In this document: positions 11,953 through 23,035 of the stretch, one piece after another
How positions within the stretch are numbered: the stretch's first letter is position 1
How the letters are laid out: each line of letters begins with the position of its first letter
Assembly: GCF_018977255.1 (NCBI RefSeq)
Contig: NW_024704743.1
Coordinates: forward strand, 100,008,001-100,072,000
From: Callorhinchus milii
Taxonomy: Eukaryota
Reading direction: 5' to 3'
Length of the DNA stretch: 64,000 nt
Program-made: the position numbers and the translations under genes
Notes under the pieces: model-generated
What the model was told of the DNA's origin: nothing
The model's database searches: none
The model's input: the letters and a program-made list of their open reading frames with translations, nothing else

Positions 11953-14900
11953 GTAAGTAAAGCTACATTAATTGCACAAACCTCCTTATATTCAATGTAT
12001 TGTCCAGCGATGACCTCTTTTCAAGAACTGGTCTAACTGAGCAATCATTGTAAGAGCTCCATCTGCAGGAAGACAGATCACATACATCTCTTTACACTGC
12101 ACCAGTTAGGGCTTTCCGATAATACTTCAGGGTGTGTTTAGCCACATGTGAGAACAACAACAAAATGACATTTATAGAGTGCCTTTCACGTCGGGAGGAC
12201 GTCCCAGAGCGCTGAACAGTAAGGGGTTGGGACCCGAGCATGAGGGACGGGTGAGGGAAGGTAGAAAGGTGGGAAGGTGACCGAAGACACAATTAAAAAG
12301 AAATTTTGGTACTCAAATTTACAGTCACTGCACTTTACAGAAATTTTGTGAAGTGCTTTGGCAAGCTTCCTGCTGCTTGTCCAGCTAGAACCACCCTATC
12401 ATTTAGGCCTTTGGCTTGCAGGGTTATCATCAGGAGCTAAGTGGGAAGAATCCCTAACCCCCAGGGAGAAGTCTGCCCCTTCAAGTCCTGCCGATGAGCC
12501 GAGCTGATTTGTCCGAAATTTAGCAGTGCAGACCTGTCTGGCTCAGGAACCAAACCACTGAGATCGCTACTGAAGATTGACTCGATTCCCACATTCGTAA
12601 ACAGAAAAATCTTTTTGCGCCAATAGGCAATAATACTTATACTTATACGCTATTTGATTGAATACATTCAGGTTTATTATGCATGTTGCTGGGAGGTCTG
12701 GGCCCTGGAGGTATAGATTGGAGTGCTCAAGGGACAGAGTACTGGCATGCAAGCAACTCACCCACCAAACAGTTGTGATCCAGGCATCTCTGTAGCCATC
12801 AGACAAGACTCGGGCTTCTCCAGAAAAGGACTGGTCCGCTGATTTGTCCTCACTGTGATGTGGAGCACCCCCTAGTGGCATGGTTGAGAAGCGTGAAATG
12901 TACCACTCAGTGCAGCCTAATCAGAGGCTGCTGTTTGAGGACCTGGTTGCATGCCCAATTTTCTAGCCCTGGAACATACTTGTCCTGTAACAACATTGTG
13001 ATTCTTTGTGTTGCTACGACAAACATGCTGATTTGATTGATTCAAAATTGAAAAAAAATGCCTGCACCAACATGAACTTATATCAGATAAACCAGCTGGA
13101 GAACAGACGGCAGTGTGGCTGCAGAGCAGAAATACCCAGACAACAGGATATGTTAACATTTTAAATTGAAAGGTTATTTAGATCTGTCTGGAGGAAGCTG
13201 AAACCCAGAGCATTTGAGGCCATCTATAAAAGGAGATTTAAAAGGTGATAAAGGTGCACCACACGTGTGGCCACGCCTTCTACCAGATGTTTTTAAAGCA
13301 GCCAAAATAGTTTTAAGATTCTCTTTTCCCGATATTTTCCAACCAGTCTACAAGTTTCCAGAGATGTTTCCGGGCATTGCTAAGTTACCACAAAAGCATC
13401 TGAGGAAAATGTGCCACTGTCAATACGTTTTAGCCCCATTGCAATATATCCTTGACTGCTGCAGCTTATTCCACTGTTAATGGAACACTGTATCACTAGC
13501 TCCCCTGATGGCAAGTACGCAACTATTGTGAAAGTGAGCCTCATGAAAAGGAAATGTACCCTCTTTACACAGAGGGTGGTTAACAGCTGGATGGGGTTAC
13601 CAGGAAGGGTGCAAGAGGACAGGACGCTGGACTCAATTAATAAACAGCTTGAAGTTGTAATGGGAAGATGGTGGGGGATTCTATAAGGATGAGATCAAAT
13701 GGGCTAAGGGGTCTTCTTCTTCCGTAGCTCTCTTCTGATCTTTGATCCCAGTATATGTTGAGTTAGCTGGTCTCAGCCACAGGGGAAATAGAGAAAGTCA
13801 GTCACAATGGGGTTTGTCATGCATTAGTTGCTAAAACCTGTGATCTCTTCATTAGTTGTTTATAAAGAGAAATCCTTGAAAGTTCTCTATTGTCAGTGTC
13901 CCTGGGTCACAAGGAGGAAAAATATCCGCTAGAGGTTTTCTTTAAACTTTTGATCGCTATCCGGTTTCCTGTTTTGGAAAAGACATGTGCATGTCTGGTG
14001 AGGATAGGATCAGCCTTGGGTTCCTGATGCCTCACTTAGCTAAATTGTCAGCCAATGCGTATTATTAAAGTGTGTGAATGAACAATAATGATTTAGGTGA
14101 GATACTATAGGGCGGTTGGTGCCAGTGGAGCCATTTAAAGTTTACCCAATACTTTTAGGAGAGGAGAGCAACGAGAGGGTGAAAAAAAGGGTGTGTGTCT
14201 CTATACCCAGAGGAAGTCCCAATTACATGTTCAACTGCAGTCAAAATCAGAAAATTCCCATTGATTCCTAAACATTGGATCTCATCAGTATTTCAAAATG
14301 AGTCCGGCCAAATTATAATAATAGTGATGATCCTTGCATTTGATTTAGTGCCTCAACACATTGGTGAGACGTCTCAAAGCCCTTCACACGATTTTTACTG
14401 TAAAAGTGTAGTGACTGAGTATTTGTAGCAGTCACAGCAGAAATTTGCACACATAAATGTCCCACAACAGCCAATGAAGTGAATGGCCAATTTTAGCTGG
14501 GGGTTATTGTCTAGGACACCAGGAAAAACTCTTATTTTGAGTAGTATCATGGAATCTTCTGTGTCCTTCTGATCAGGCAGACGGGATCTCAGTGTCATGT
14601 TTCATCCGAAGCCTGACACCTTCAAGAATGCAGCACACCCTCATCACCACATTGGGATGTCTAGACTATGAGTTCAAACTCTCGTCATGGGGCTTGAACC
14701 CACAACTTTCTAACTCAAAGATTGCTGCCAGCTGAGCCAGGCTGACACTGGCTGGAATTGCGAGATCTCTGCTCTGATATGAGCAATGGTCACTGTGGTT
14801 ATATTTTTGGTTACTGGCAGAATCGGTATCTGGGAATCTCTGTGTGAATCCAGTTGCAAATGTCACATTTTTGACCCCAAATGTCATTACATTTTCCTTT

Positions 14901-16399
14901 GTGTCGTCTGATGTTGGAGGATAAACTCCTTGGCCTCCTTGGTGAAACATACTCTCTTCACATGAATCTCATTGCCTCCAAACTAAGGGTGAGGAAACAT
15001 GATGCATAATTTTAACAGCATCCTCCCCATTTGCTCACTGCTCCCACGGGAGGTCTGAACTCACTTGGTAAGTAGTGAAAGGGTAATTGACCTGTTTATG
15101 GGAACAATCAGCAGCTCAAAATATTACACAATTTGAAAAGCAAATGAAGTTTCTCCTGGTTTCCAGGTCAACAAACCCTCAGATAAAATTGATCACTCAC
15201 TTCATGGCTGTTTGTGGGAAATTGCCATGTGCAAATTGGCTGTTGCATTTACCTACAAATACAGTCACCTCACATTACAGTAAATTCTCTGAAGATCTTT
15301 AAGATGTTTCAACAACTGGTCAAGGCTGATATCAAATGCAAGGACTATAAGGATTATTTATATTTGAATTACGTTTAGCGATTTGTTATACAATCCTCTT
15401 CAGTCAAGGGCATTTTCTATCAAACAAGGTCTTCATCAAAATAGCTCTGTGAGATGCTTCTCTCAGCTACCTCCTTCATTTGTCCATGTGAGGGAACCAA
15501 ACTGCCCTTAAGCTATTTTCCAAAGGTCAGTGCAAATTCTAAAAAAATCATAAGATATATTGGATAATCGGTTGCTAGATTTTTGGTGATAGTTGTAAGT
15601 ATCTTCTGACCTTTCAAGTCTTGGCGAGTGACATAAAGATAAAAAGTAAAACTAGATGATTCCAATTGGGAATTGGAAACAAATCGTAAAATGCTGAAAC
15701 GCATTTTTGATGAACTGTCATTAATCTTGTCTTTCTCTTTTACTTGCCAGTTTGTTTCCAGCACTTCCTGCCTTTATTTATCCTGTTAGTATTGTACATT
15801 CTGCGTGTGGGCTTTTGTTACAGGCCCTTGAGGTCATTAAACAAAGGTTATAGAGTAGTAGGTCTCAATATCCTTCTGTGAATGGAGAGGGCCTGGAGCC
15901 AAGAATAAAGAGCTCAACTGGTTTCTTTTTATTCCTTCTGAGTTTATGAGACTGTACGGGGTTATCATTGCAGGCAGAATGTGAAGAAAACTTGAATCAC
16001 TCACTTTTCTGTTTGCTGGGAATGGAGTCTGCATTGTCTTCCCAGAGAGACACCCCCTGCTTCCTTAATCCCAGAAAGTATCAGATGCAAATTGACAACA
16101 ACCAAGGATTGGGGACCCCAGAATGTTTTTCAGGGTACTTCAAAGAGTTTATACTAAAACCACATAGATCTTCACTGTCTCTCCTTTCCTGCCTGTTCAT
16201 GGATTCCCTCCCTCATCTCTGTGAAATAGCATGGTGATGGATTTCGCATGTATCAGACACCTGGCTGTCTGAAAAATGTATTTGGAGACGTTCATCCCAC
16301 ATGAAAGGTGGTGTGATAAAGTGTAAGTTGAAATATCAAAGATTTATGTCAGTTCAAGGCAACTCAGTGGATCATGTTGATTTATGATGCCATCAAAAG

Positions 16400-16933
16400 A
16401 TTGCTTCTTGGCATTTTGGCTAAGATCAAGTGTAGTTTCTATTCGTATTAGTTACTCCTTGAGCTAGCAATGCTGGAAAAAGTTCATCTCCTGTTGCGAA
16501 TAGCTTGTGTTGATTACCATGACCGAATCTCATCCATAACTGGATATGGGAAGATTTGAGCTCCTGGCTACAGCTATGCTTTCAGCCCTCTGTTGGTTGG
16601 GATCGGTATTGTAGTACTTCCCACCTGAGGAGTTTGATCTGCCCTCACAAAGAGAAAGTGGAGATACTGGAACTCAGAGCTCACTCAGCACATGGTCACT
16701 AGGCTCAGGCCAGGCTTGTCTTGTCAGAGAGGCCACCTGGTCACCTGACTTGTTTGGGGGGTTGTGAAGACATGGTTCGGGTCCACATGGTTCTTTGACA
16801 ATTTGGGGCTTAGAAGAGTTTGGGAGGGATTGGGGCTCGTCTGTGGGGACAACCCGTGGTTCCTAAAGTGGAATGTCTAATTCGGTTAATGGGGGTGAGT
16901 AGGCCTAACCTTGCTCACCAAATAATAAAAAAA
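16400..16933 (+). mobile_element. U2 snRNA-headed retroposed element (SINEU-like / expanded U2-like retrocopy)
   Basis: 16400-16453 matches U2 nt 1-54 (47/54 against the vertebrate U2 sequence as I recall it). U2 loop IV-like GGTATTGTAGTACTTCC at 16605-16621. Terminal hairpin 16894-16919, A-rich tail, and flanking ATCAAAAG/ATCAAGAG. Confidence 0.72.
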
Positions 16934-17735
16934 ATCAAGAGTCCACTATAGCATTAATTCTTGCATTTGCTACAACCCCTTTCATGTCAGGAGGACATCT
17001 AAAGTGCTTCACAGGATTTACTGTAAAATGTAGTGACTGTATTTTGTAGGGTAATGTGGCTACCAATTTGCTGGCTTAACTGATATCCATTATTCCCTGT
17101 TTATTCTAAATAATTTGATTGCCTATCAGTTCAGTCACATTCACAGCTGTGGATAACTGGTTAATTTTAAATTATAATGGTTATATTTAAACTTACTGGT
17201 TTCCAATATTAATTGGTAAAAATCAGTATTCTGCATTTTTCTGATTTTCTCCAAATATGTGGAACTCTCAGTCTGGTTTAGAAACTCTTAAGCACAGTGA
17301 TGGGTTTCCACGTGTGTGAGACAGCCAAGTGACCAAAAAGATTATAAAAACAAGTTTGCCTCATAAAACAGTCACTGCACTTGACAGTAATGAAGAATGC
17401 TATATAAATCAAGTTGTTGTTTTTGTTGAACCACTTAGAGGTATTTTAACATGATAAAGTGTTACAAAAATGCAAATTCTTTTCTATAAATCTGTGCTGA
17501 GTACAACAGCCTAATATCAACTTAAGGCTTTGGTTCCATTGCATCATTGGTTCAAAAACTCAAGACAGACACAATTGTATTTGAGCCCTTGGCAATACTA
17601 CATTTACCTCGCTTGCTGGCTGATGATAAGGTTCCTGACTGCTGAATGGTGTTCTCAGTGGTAGGAGAATTATAATACAGTGTAGAGATTTTATTTTATA
17701 AAACTTAAGATTTAAAATATTTTTATTTTTTACAG

Positions 17736-17768
17736 GAAATATGCCTTTGGGAAACCCAAGAATTACAG
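17736..17768 (+). CDS. EMILIN2: EMILIN2-like 33-nt micro-exon (GNMPLGNPRIT)
   Basis: Long T-tract ttttatttttacag| and donor ACAG|GTATGT. Phase 1/1 and frame-preserving. Same size as the short exon I recall in mammalian EMILIN2. Confidence 0.8.
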
Positions 17769-17824
17769 GTATGTTTAAAAGTCACCTGGGGCTAAAAAAA
17801 ATCTCAAGGTTTTAGCCTTAAGAC

Positions 17825-18077
17825 CATTGTCTGAAAACTTAAGACGATACAGAATTTTCAAAAATTCTTAAATCCAGCCTTATTTTGGAAGCTGCCTTCC
17901 TTTTTGTGTACTGTGGAAAACTGGCTTCTAAATTAAGACTGGAAAAAAAGAGCCAGTAAATATCAGTACCAGTAATGTAATTAGCCGGAAATTCCAGTTT
18001 GCTGGACTAGTTCTCCCCTATTAGTCTGGCGAGGTGGAGTTTTAGCCAGACAATGTTTTCAGGATTTTCAGACAATG
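17825..18077. repeat. Palindromic MITE-like element (second copy 30983-31130)
   Basis: 13-bp perfect inverted repeat CATTGTCTGAAAA/TTTTCAGACAATG, and a 22-bp inner inverted repeat shared with the 31023-31101 copy. Confidence 0.6.
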
Positions 18078-18417
18078 CTAACTTTGAAACAATTGGGTAA
18101 AATTTTCAGTATTTCTTCAAGTGATCCTTAACTTATTTAAGCAAACCATTAAGAAATACTCCAGATTGTACCTGATTCTCCAGTCGAAATTCCTTCTTGA
18201 CTGTTGAATTTTGTTAACATTTAAATAACATTGATCAAACGAGTAATCAGTTTGATTTTTATATTTGTATTGATGTCTGTTTTAGAATTATATGTTGTTG
18301 AATTATACATGGTAAAATGTTCTGTAATAATATTTTTGATTTATGGGAATTACTTACATAATCATAACATGATAGTAACAATGGACGGACAGCATCAGAG
18401 TGGAATACAGAGATATG

Positions 18418-18830
18418 TTGTAGCCTGGCTCAGATGGCAGCACTACTGCCTCTAAGTCAGACGGTTGTGGGTTCAAGCCCCACTTTGAACTTACAGTTGA
18501 GGCTGATACTGCAAGTGAGGTAAGGCAGCATTGAGTGAGGTGCCGCTCTTCAGATAAACTGGGGGCACCTCTGCCTGCTCAGATGGACACTAAAGATCCC
18601 ATGGCACTATTGGAAAAGAGAAGGGAGTTTCTCCCATATCCGGGTTAACAATCCTCCAAATAAAATTGGTCATGGCTGTTTGTGGGACATTGCTGTGTGC
18701 AAATTAGCTGCTGTTTTCACCTACAAACATATAGTGCCACTGCACTTTACAGTAAATCCTGTGGAGTGCTGTGAGACATCCTCCTGTGAAAAATGTGTTT
18801 ATCAAATGCAAGTATTATTACTTTATTACT
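18418..18830 (+). mobile_element. Older Deu-domain SINE (AmnSINE1/SacSINE-like); further relics near 640-990, 3135-3510, 3600-3920, 4740-4880(-), 14315-14750(-), 15140-15360, 23410-23750, 25160-25550, 26000-26290, 33950-34466
   Basis: tRNA-like head (GGCTCAGATGG...GGTTCAAGCCC) and Deu motif AAAGATCCCATGGCACTATT...GGGAGTTTCTCC; tail shared with the young SINEs. Confidence 0.75.
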
Positions 18831-18910
18831 GTGCAGTGTGGTCTGTCATATGAACACGTATGAGTGTGTTTACCAGTGTTTTGTGTGATGTAAGCTATTT
18901 TATTTTTCAG

Positions 18911-19045
18911 AAAGGTCTGCTAGCAGAAGGAAACATGTGTCCTTTTCTGTGGGACTGACTGAAAAACCTTTTCCTGGGAATGTAGGAGTGATTGTATTCA
19001 ACAAAGTTCTGGTCAATGATGGAGGCCACTACAATACAAAGACAG
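18911..19045 (+). CDS. EMILIN2: EMILIN2-like exon, first half of gC1q domain
   Basis: Acceptor tatttttcag|, donor ACAG|GTTACA. Encodes [45 protein letters not shown]. Confidence 0.92.
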
Positions 19046-20681
19046 GTTACAATTCAAACATTTTTCCACATTGCACTTTTGTGATGGGCTCAGTCACAAA
19101 CTGGATTCTTTGCTAAATACTCTTATTTGCCTGGAGCCATAAGCTCAGAACAGTGTCTGTCCATATCCCTGCTACTCTTCCAACACTTCTGAACTCAGTG
19201 TATGCAGTGAACCAGACCAAGCTTCTAAGAGTTCATTAGACGTTCCATTCTTGACATTACAAAACCCGAGGGAAGCATTTTAGATGGCAGGCAGCAAACA
19301 GCCTGAACCATGCAGAAAATAACTTTGAGTACTTGCCCTATCACAGGTGTGCAGATACAAATTCATGATTTCGGATAGACTTTTACCATTCAGTAAGGAA
19401 TTAAGTGAGGAATTCGGGTTTTACTTTTAATTTAGTTTTTGATTGGAAATGTTGCTGCCTGGTGAACAGCTTCCTGTTGAGCACCCATACAAACACTGAT
19501 AGCTTCCTATTGGTTTGAGTATCATATACAGGGTGAATCAGCAGTAAATGTGTCCATTGTATAGTTTCCTGTTTCCGGTCTGGTAACAAAGTCAACATAT
19601 TTCATTCTGACCTTTATTTATAATTGCGCTACCTAGTTTGAAAAAAACATGATGAATATTTTTCCTTTTAAAATAGATGGAGATTTGTTCTCAGTTGACA
19701 GGGCAATTATGCGAATTCACAACAGTTAGGGCACAGATGGTTAGGTCACTCCTTGTCTTAAAGGACTCCAAATGCTCTTCTTACTTAACTGATCAGCGAA
19801 ATATCTCTTCTCTTGCTATCATGTGCCCTCTGCAATAGATATGCTGGAGCAGTGGATAAGCAGCCTGAAAATGTGCAGATGCGCTTTCATATTAATCCAT
19901 TTAAAAATAGCATAAAATATTCTCCTTCTGCTCAATGATTTTTAAGAGAAAACTAGATACATACATGAGGGAGAAGAGAATAGAAGGATTTAGGCAAAAG
20001 CAGGGGAGAGAATTTGTGTACAGTGTAAATACCGGCATTGATGAATTGGATCCACTGGTTTATTTCCGTGCTGTAGCACTCTATATAACTCCCTATGTAT
20101 GATGAAAAGTGAGTGCGAATGTTGGATGAGGTCAGGGCAAGTTTGCCTGTGATTTACCCCCTCCTCGCTCGCACCCCATGGTCCAATAATCCAACAAAAC
20201 CCACAGTCCAGACTCACATATTAAGAATGGACAGTTGTATGAGTTGATAGAAAGCTTCCTGCACCTGGGGAACATTTACTCAGTGTGAATCAACATCTTT
20301 AAGAGAGAATTTGAGGATTAAAGTATGAGACATCGGGATCTAATATGCAGCAATATTTTACAGGAGAACTTAATAAGCAAACTCGAAGTATGTTGCGCTG
20401 ACTAGTGGGAACTCTGCTCTGAAGGTAGTAACACAGCTCCTGCAAGTTGGCGAAACAATTTTCAATCTCAGAATCCTTATTAAAGAATCCAGTTAGAAAT
20501 CATCACAGTGATAAGTGACAGGATATAGACAGGGAGCACTCACAGTTTCAACAGCATACGAATGTGATGGCATCTTTAGTTAGGTGCAGCACTATTGAAG
20601 GGCAGTTTGTAAAACCGATAACTCGTCTCTTTAAGACAGATTACCGTCATGTACTAACACAGCTGGCTGTTTTGATTCTAG

Positions 20682-21013
20682 GTATATTTACGGCTCCGTT
20701 TGCGGGACAGTATCTCATCACCGCAGTCCTGGCTCCTCAGAGGGAAGAGCGAGTTGAAGCGTTCCTGTCTGTGTCCAACGAAGGTATCATTCATATGGAC
20801 ACATCTGGCTACCAGGTTGAAGTGCTGGAATTTCACAAGCCCTTTATGGGCCAGCAGATCTGTGGAGGGATAGGTACCTTCAACCTGATCCTGAACCTGA
20901 AAGCTGGAGATGAAGTGAGTGTTGTGCTGATCGATGGTAAACTGGTGGACACGCACGACATGTATTCAACGTTCAGTGGGACTCTCCTGTATGAAACACC
21001 CTCTCGCAGCTAG
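20682..21013 (+). CDS. EMILIN2: EMILIN2-like terminal coding exon, gC1q domain
   Basis: Acceptor tttgattctag| with TACTAAC branch point at 20652-20658. Encodes GIFTAPFAGQYLITAVL...LKAGDEVSVV...MYSTFSGTLLYETPSRS*; TAG at 21011-21013. Confidence 0.95.
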
Positions 21014-21557
21014 CCAACAGGAAAGACAGGCAAACGTGATGCAGCATTTTGGGGGGAAGGGGAGTGGGAGGGGGAGGGGTGAACTTTGGGTTTCCATTTA
21101 TCATCTGTGCATTCATTGTTGACAAAGAAAATGCTTATTTTATAAATATCAGTTCAACTTTGTTAAGGTCAACTTCAACTATTTAAAATTATGGATGAGA
21201 TGCAAATATGACTTACTGTTTAGTATTCCATGTCCAAATATATTGTATCTGCTCAAGTGGTATATATTTTTTAAGAAGATATTACAGCTTAATGTTTTAA
21301 CTGCTTAAACAGCAGTTAGGTCAGCCCAGCTCCTGGTGTCAGAAACTGTAGGTAATTGACTCGCATTCACTGCGCTGACTTGAGAGAACTAGAGAGCCAT
21401 AAACTAATTGCTCTTTCGAAGGTTGGGTGGAGGAATCATTTGTACTCACTCCTCCAGTCTAACATTGGAAGTGCTTCCTATAGTGTAAAGAGCCCCCACC
21501 AAAAATCCAGGTTCTTTCTTAGTTTTAAAATACTGTCACAGTTCTACTTGTTCCGCA

Positions 21558-21820
21558 AATAAACTTTGTTTAAAAAAAATGTTGGAGCAAAACACCTCCA
21601 CTGGTAGACAGGAAGTAGTTAATAAAGACAGCATTTCACACGGGCAACTGAGCACCAATTTTATCGACAACCTCACAGCTAAAATCCAAGTGATAGTTGT
21701 GAGCAGGAATGCTCCCATATCTCTCTTATTTGAATAAAGATGACCCTTTTAATATTTTCCTAATTCTAAAGCGGATAGATATTCTTCATAGCAATGTCAA
21801 ATATGGCACATTTAAATAAA
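21558..21820 (+). terminator. Cluster of candidate polyadenylation signals for the EMILIN gene
   Basis: AATAAA at 21558, 21621, 21733 and 21815, 0.55-0.8 kb after the stop codon. Confidence 0.5.
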
Positions 21821-22149
21821 AAAAAGGATTGAGCCAAAACTTTGGGCTTACCTGCCTGCGCTGCGATAAGTTTATTTTTTATAATGATGTACTTGAGCTA
21901 AGTTAATTCTTAAATCTTACTACTGTACTCAGTGAAAATGGTACTTGCAAAGGCTGGCACCAATGCTGGGTTTGCTGGCCAGATTTCAATGGCTTTCATC
22001 CCCTCCACAGCTCAATGAAAGTTATCTGTATGATTCACTGCAAGGAACGGATTTCCACATTCATTACCTGCAGTCTCATGCACAAGGTGAAATAAATATT
22101 GTTGCATTTATTATATCCAATAGCTTCTCCTCTGAAAGTTACATGCAAC

Positions 22150-23035
22150 ATTCCTCGGTGCTTTATCCTTGCTCCTCTCTTTTTCGCCATCTATATGCTC
22201 TCACTCGGTGACATACGCAGGCATGGGAGCCACTTTCAAATGTATGTGGATGCCATCAAACTTGGGAGTTGAAAGTGGCCTACATCAAGTCCTGGGTGAA
22301 CTCTAGCTTTCTGTAGTTGAACGTTAATAAGGTTCTTTTGCTTGGCTCCTGAGAGCACTTTCTCACCTTAGGTTCTGATCACTTTGACCTGCATGGATAC
22401 TCACTTCACCTCACAGAATTGAGGCAGAATCTTGTTGTCTTGATTGACTCCCAACTGTCTTTCACTTACTTGGCTTCACCTTACCTCAACCACATTTCAC
22501 AGGTTCTTACACTACCTCTCCCGCTGGCTGCAGCGATGCTCATTAATGCTTTCATCATGTCCAGACTTCATCATTATTCTAATGCCCTGCTTTGCCAGAC
22601 TCCCCAGCTTCTTCCTCTGCAAGTTGCAGACCCTCTAGACCTCTATAGCCTGTGTCCTTTCTCGTACCAAGCTTGAGCCAATTACTACGATCCTTGCTCA
22701 GCTCCATTGGTTCCCCCACATATCAAATACAAAATCCATCCACATCCTCACTCCATCTCTGCGACCTCTGCAACCCTACTGACTCAGCCGTTCCCACAAC
22801 AGTGCAAATACTAGCCTGCCTGCCCCTCTCTCTAGAACTCCATCCCAGAACCCCTTCAACTCACACCCTCCTTCCCCAGTTTTAAAGCCCACCTTAGACC
22901 TACATCTTGGACTATGCCTTCACTTATCTCCACCCCCACCACCCCCTCCCCAGCTGCTCAGGTGCCCAACCAGATGTGTGAAGACATCCTCCCAATGTGA
23001 AAGGCACTGCATAAATATAAATTGGCTTTGTGTTG
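22150..23035 (+). mobile_element. L2 LINE 3' fragment, degenerate
   Basis: ORF2 remnants (LINAFIMSRL..YSNALL) and L2 tail GTGAAAGGCACTGCATAAAT. Confidence 0.75.

Larger units (their letters stand above)
1046..21013 (+). other. EMILIN2: EMILIN2-like gene, 3' portion (EMI-domain exons lie upstream of the window); 5 coding exons
   Basis: The spliced product has the EMILIN-2 hallmarks YQAYIDSKFEALRDE, DLKNSCEYKL and RINVTEKNAEEHCFYIE, plus a C-terminal gC1q domain. All introns are phase 1 GT-AG. The tail-to-tail arrangement with a lipin matches EMILIN2/LPIN2 synteny. Confidence 0.8.

Noticed and set aside
16400..16453. Functional U2 snRNA gene
   Set aside because: The branch-pairing GTAGTA is changed to GTAGTT, there is CpG decay, no PSE is visible, and the A-tail and TSD indicate a retrocopy.
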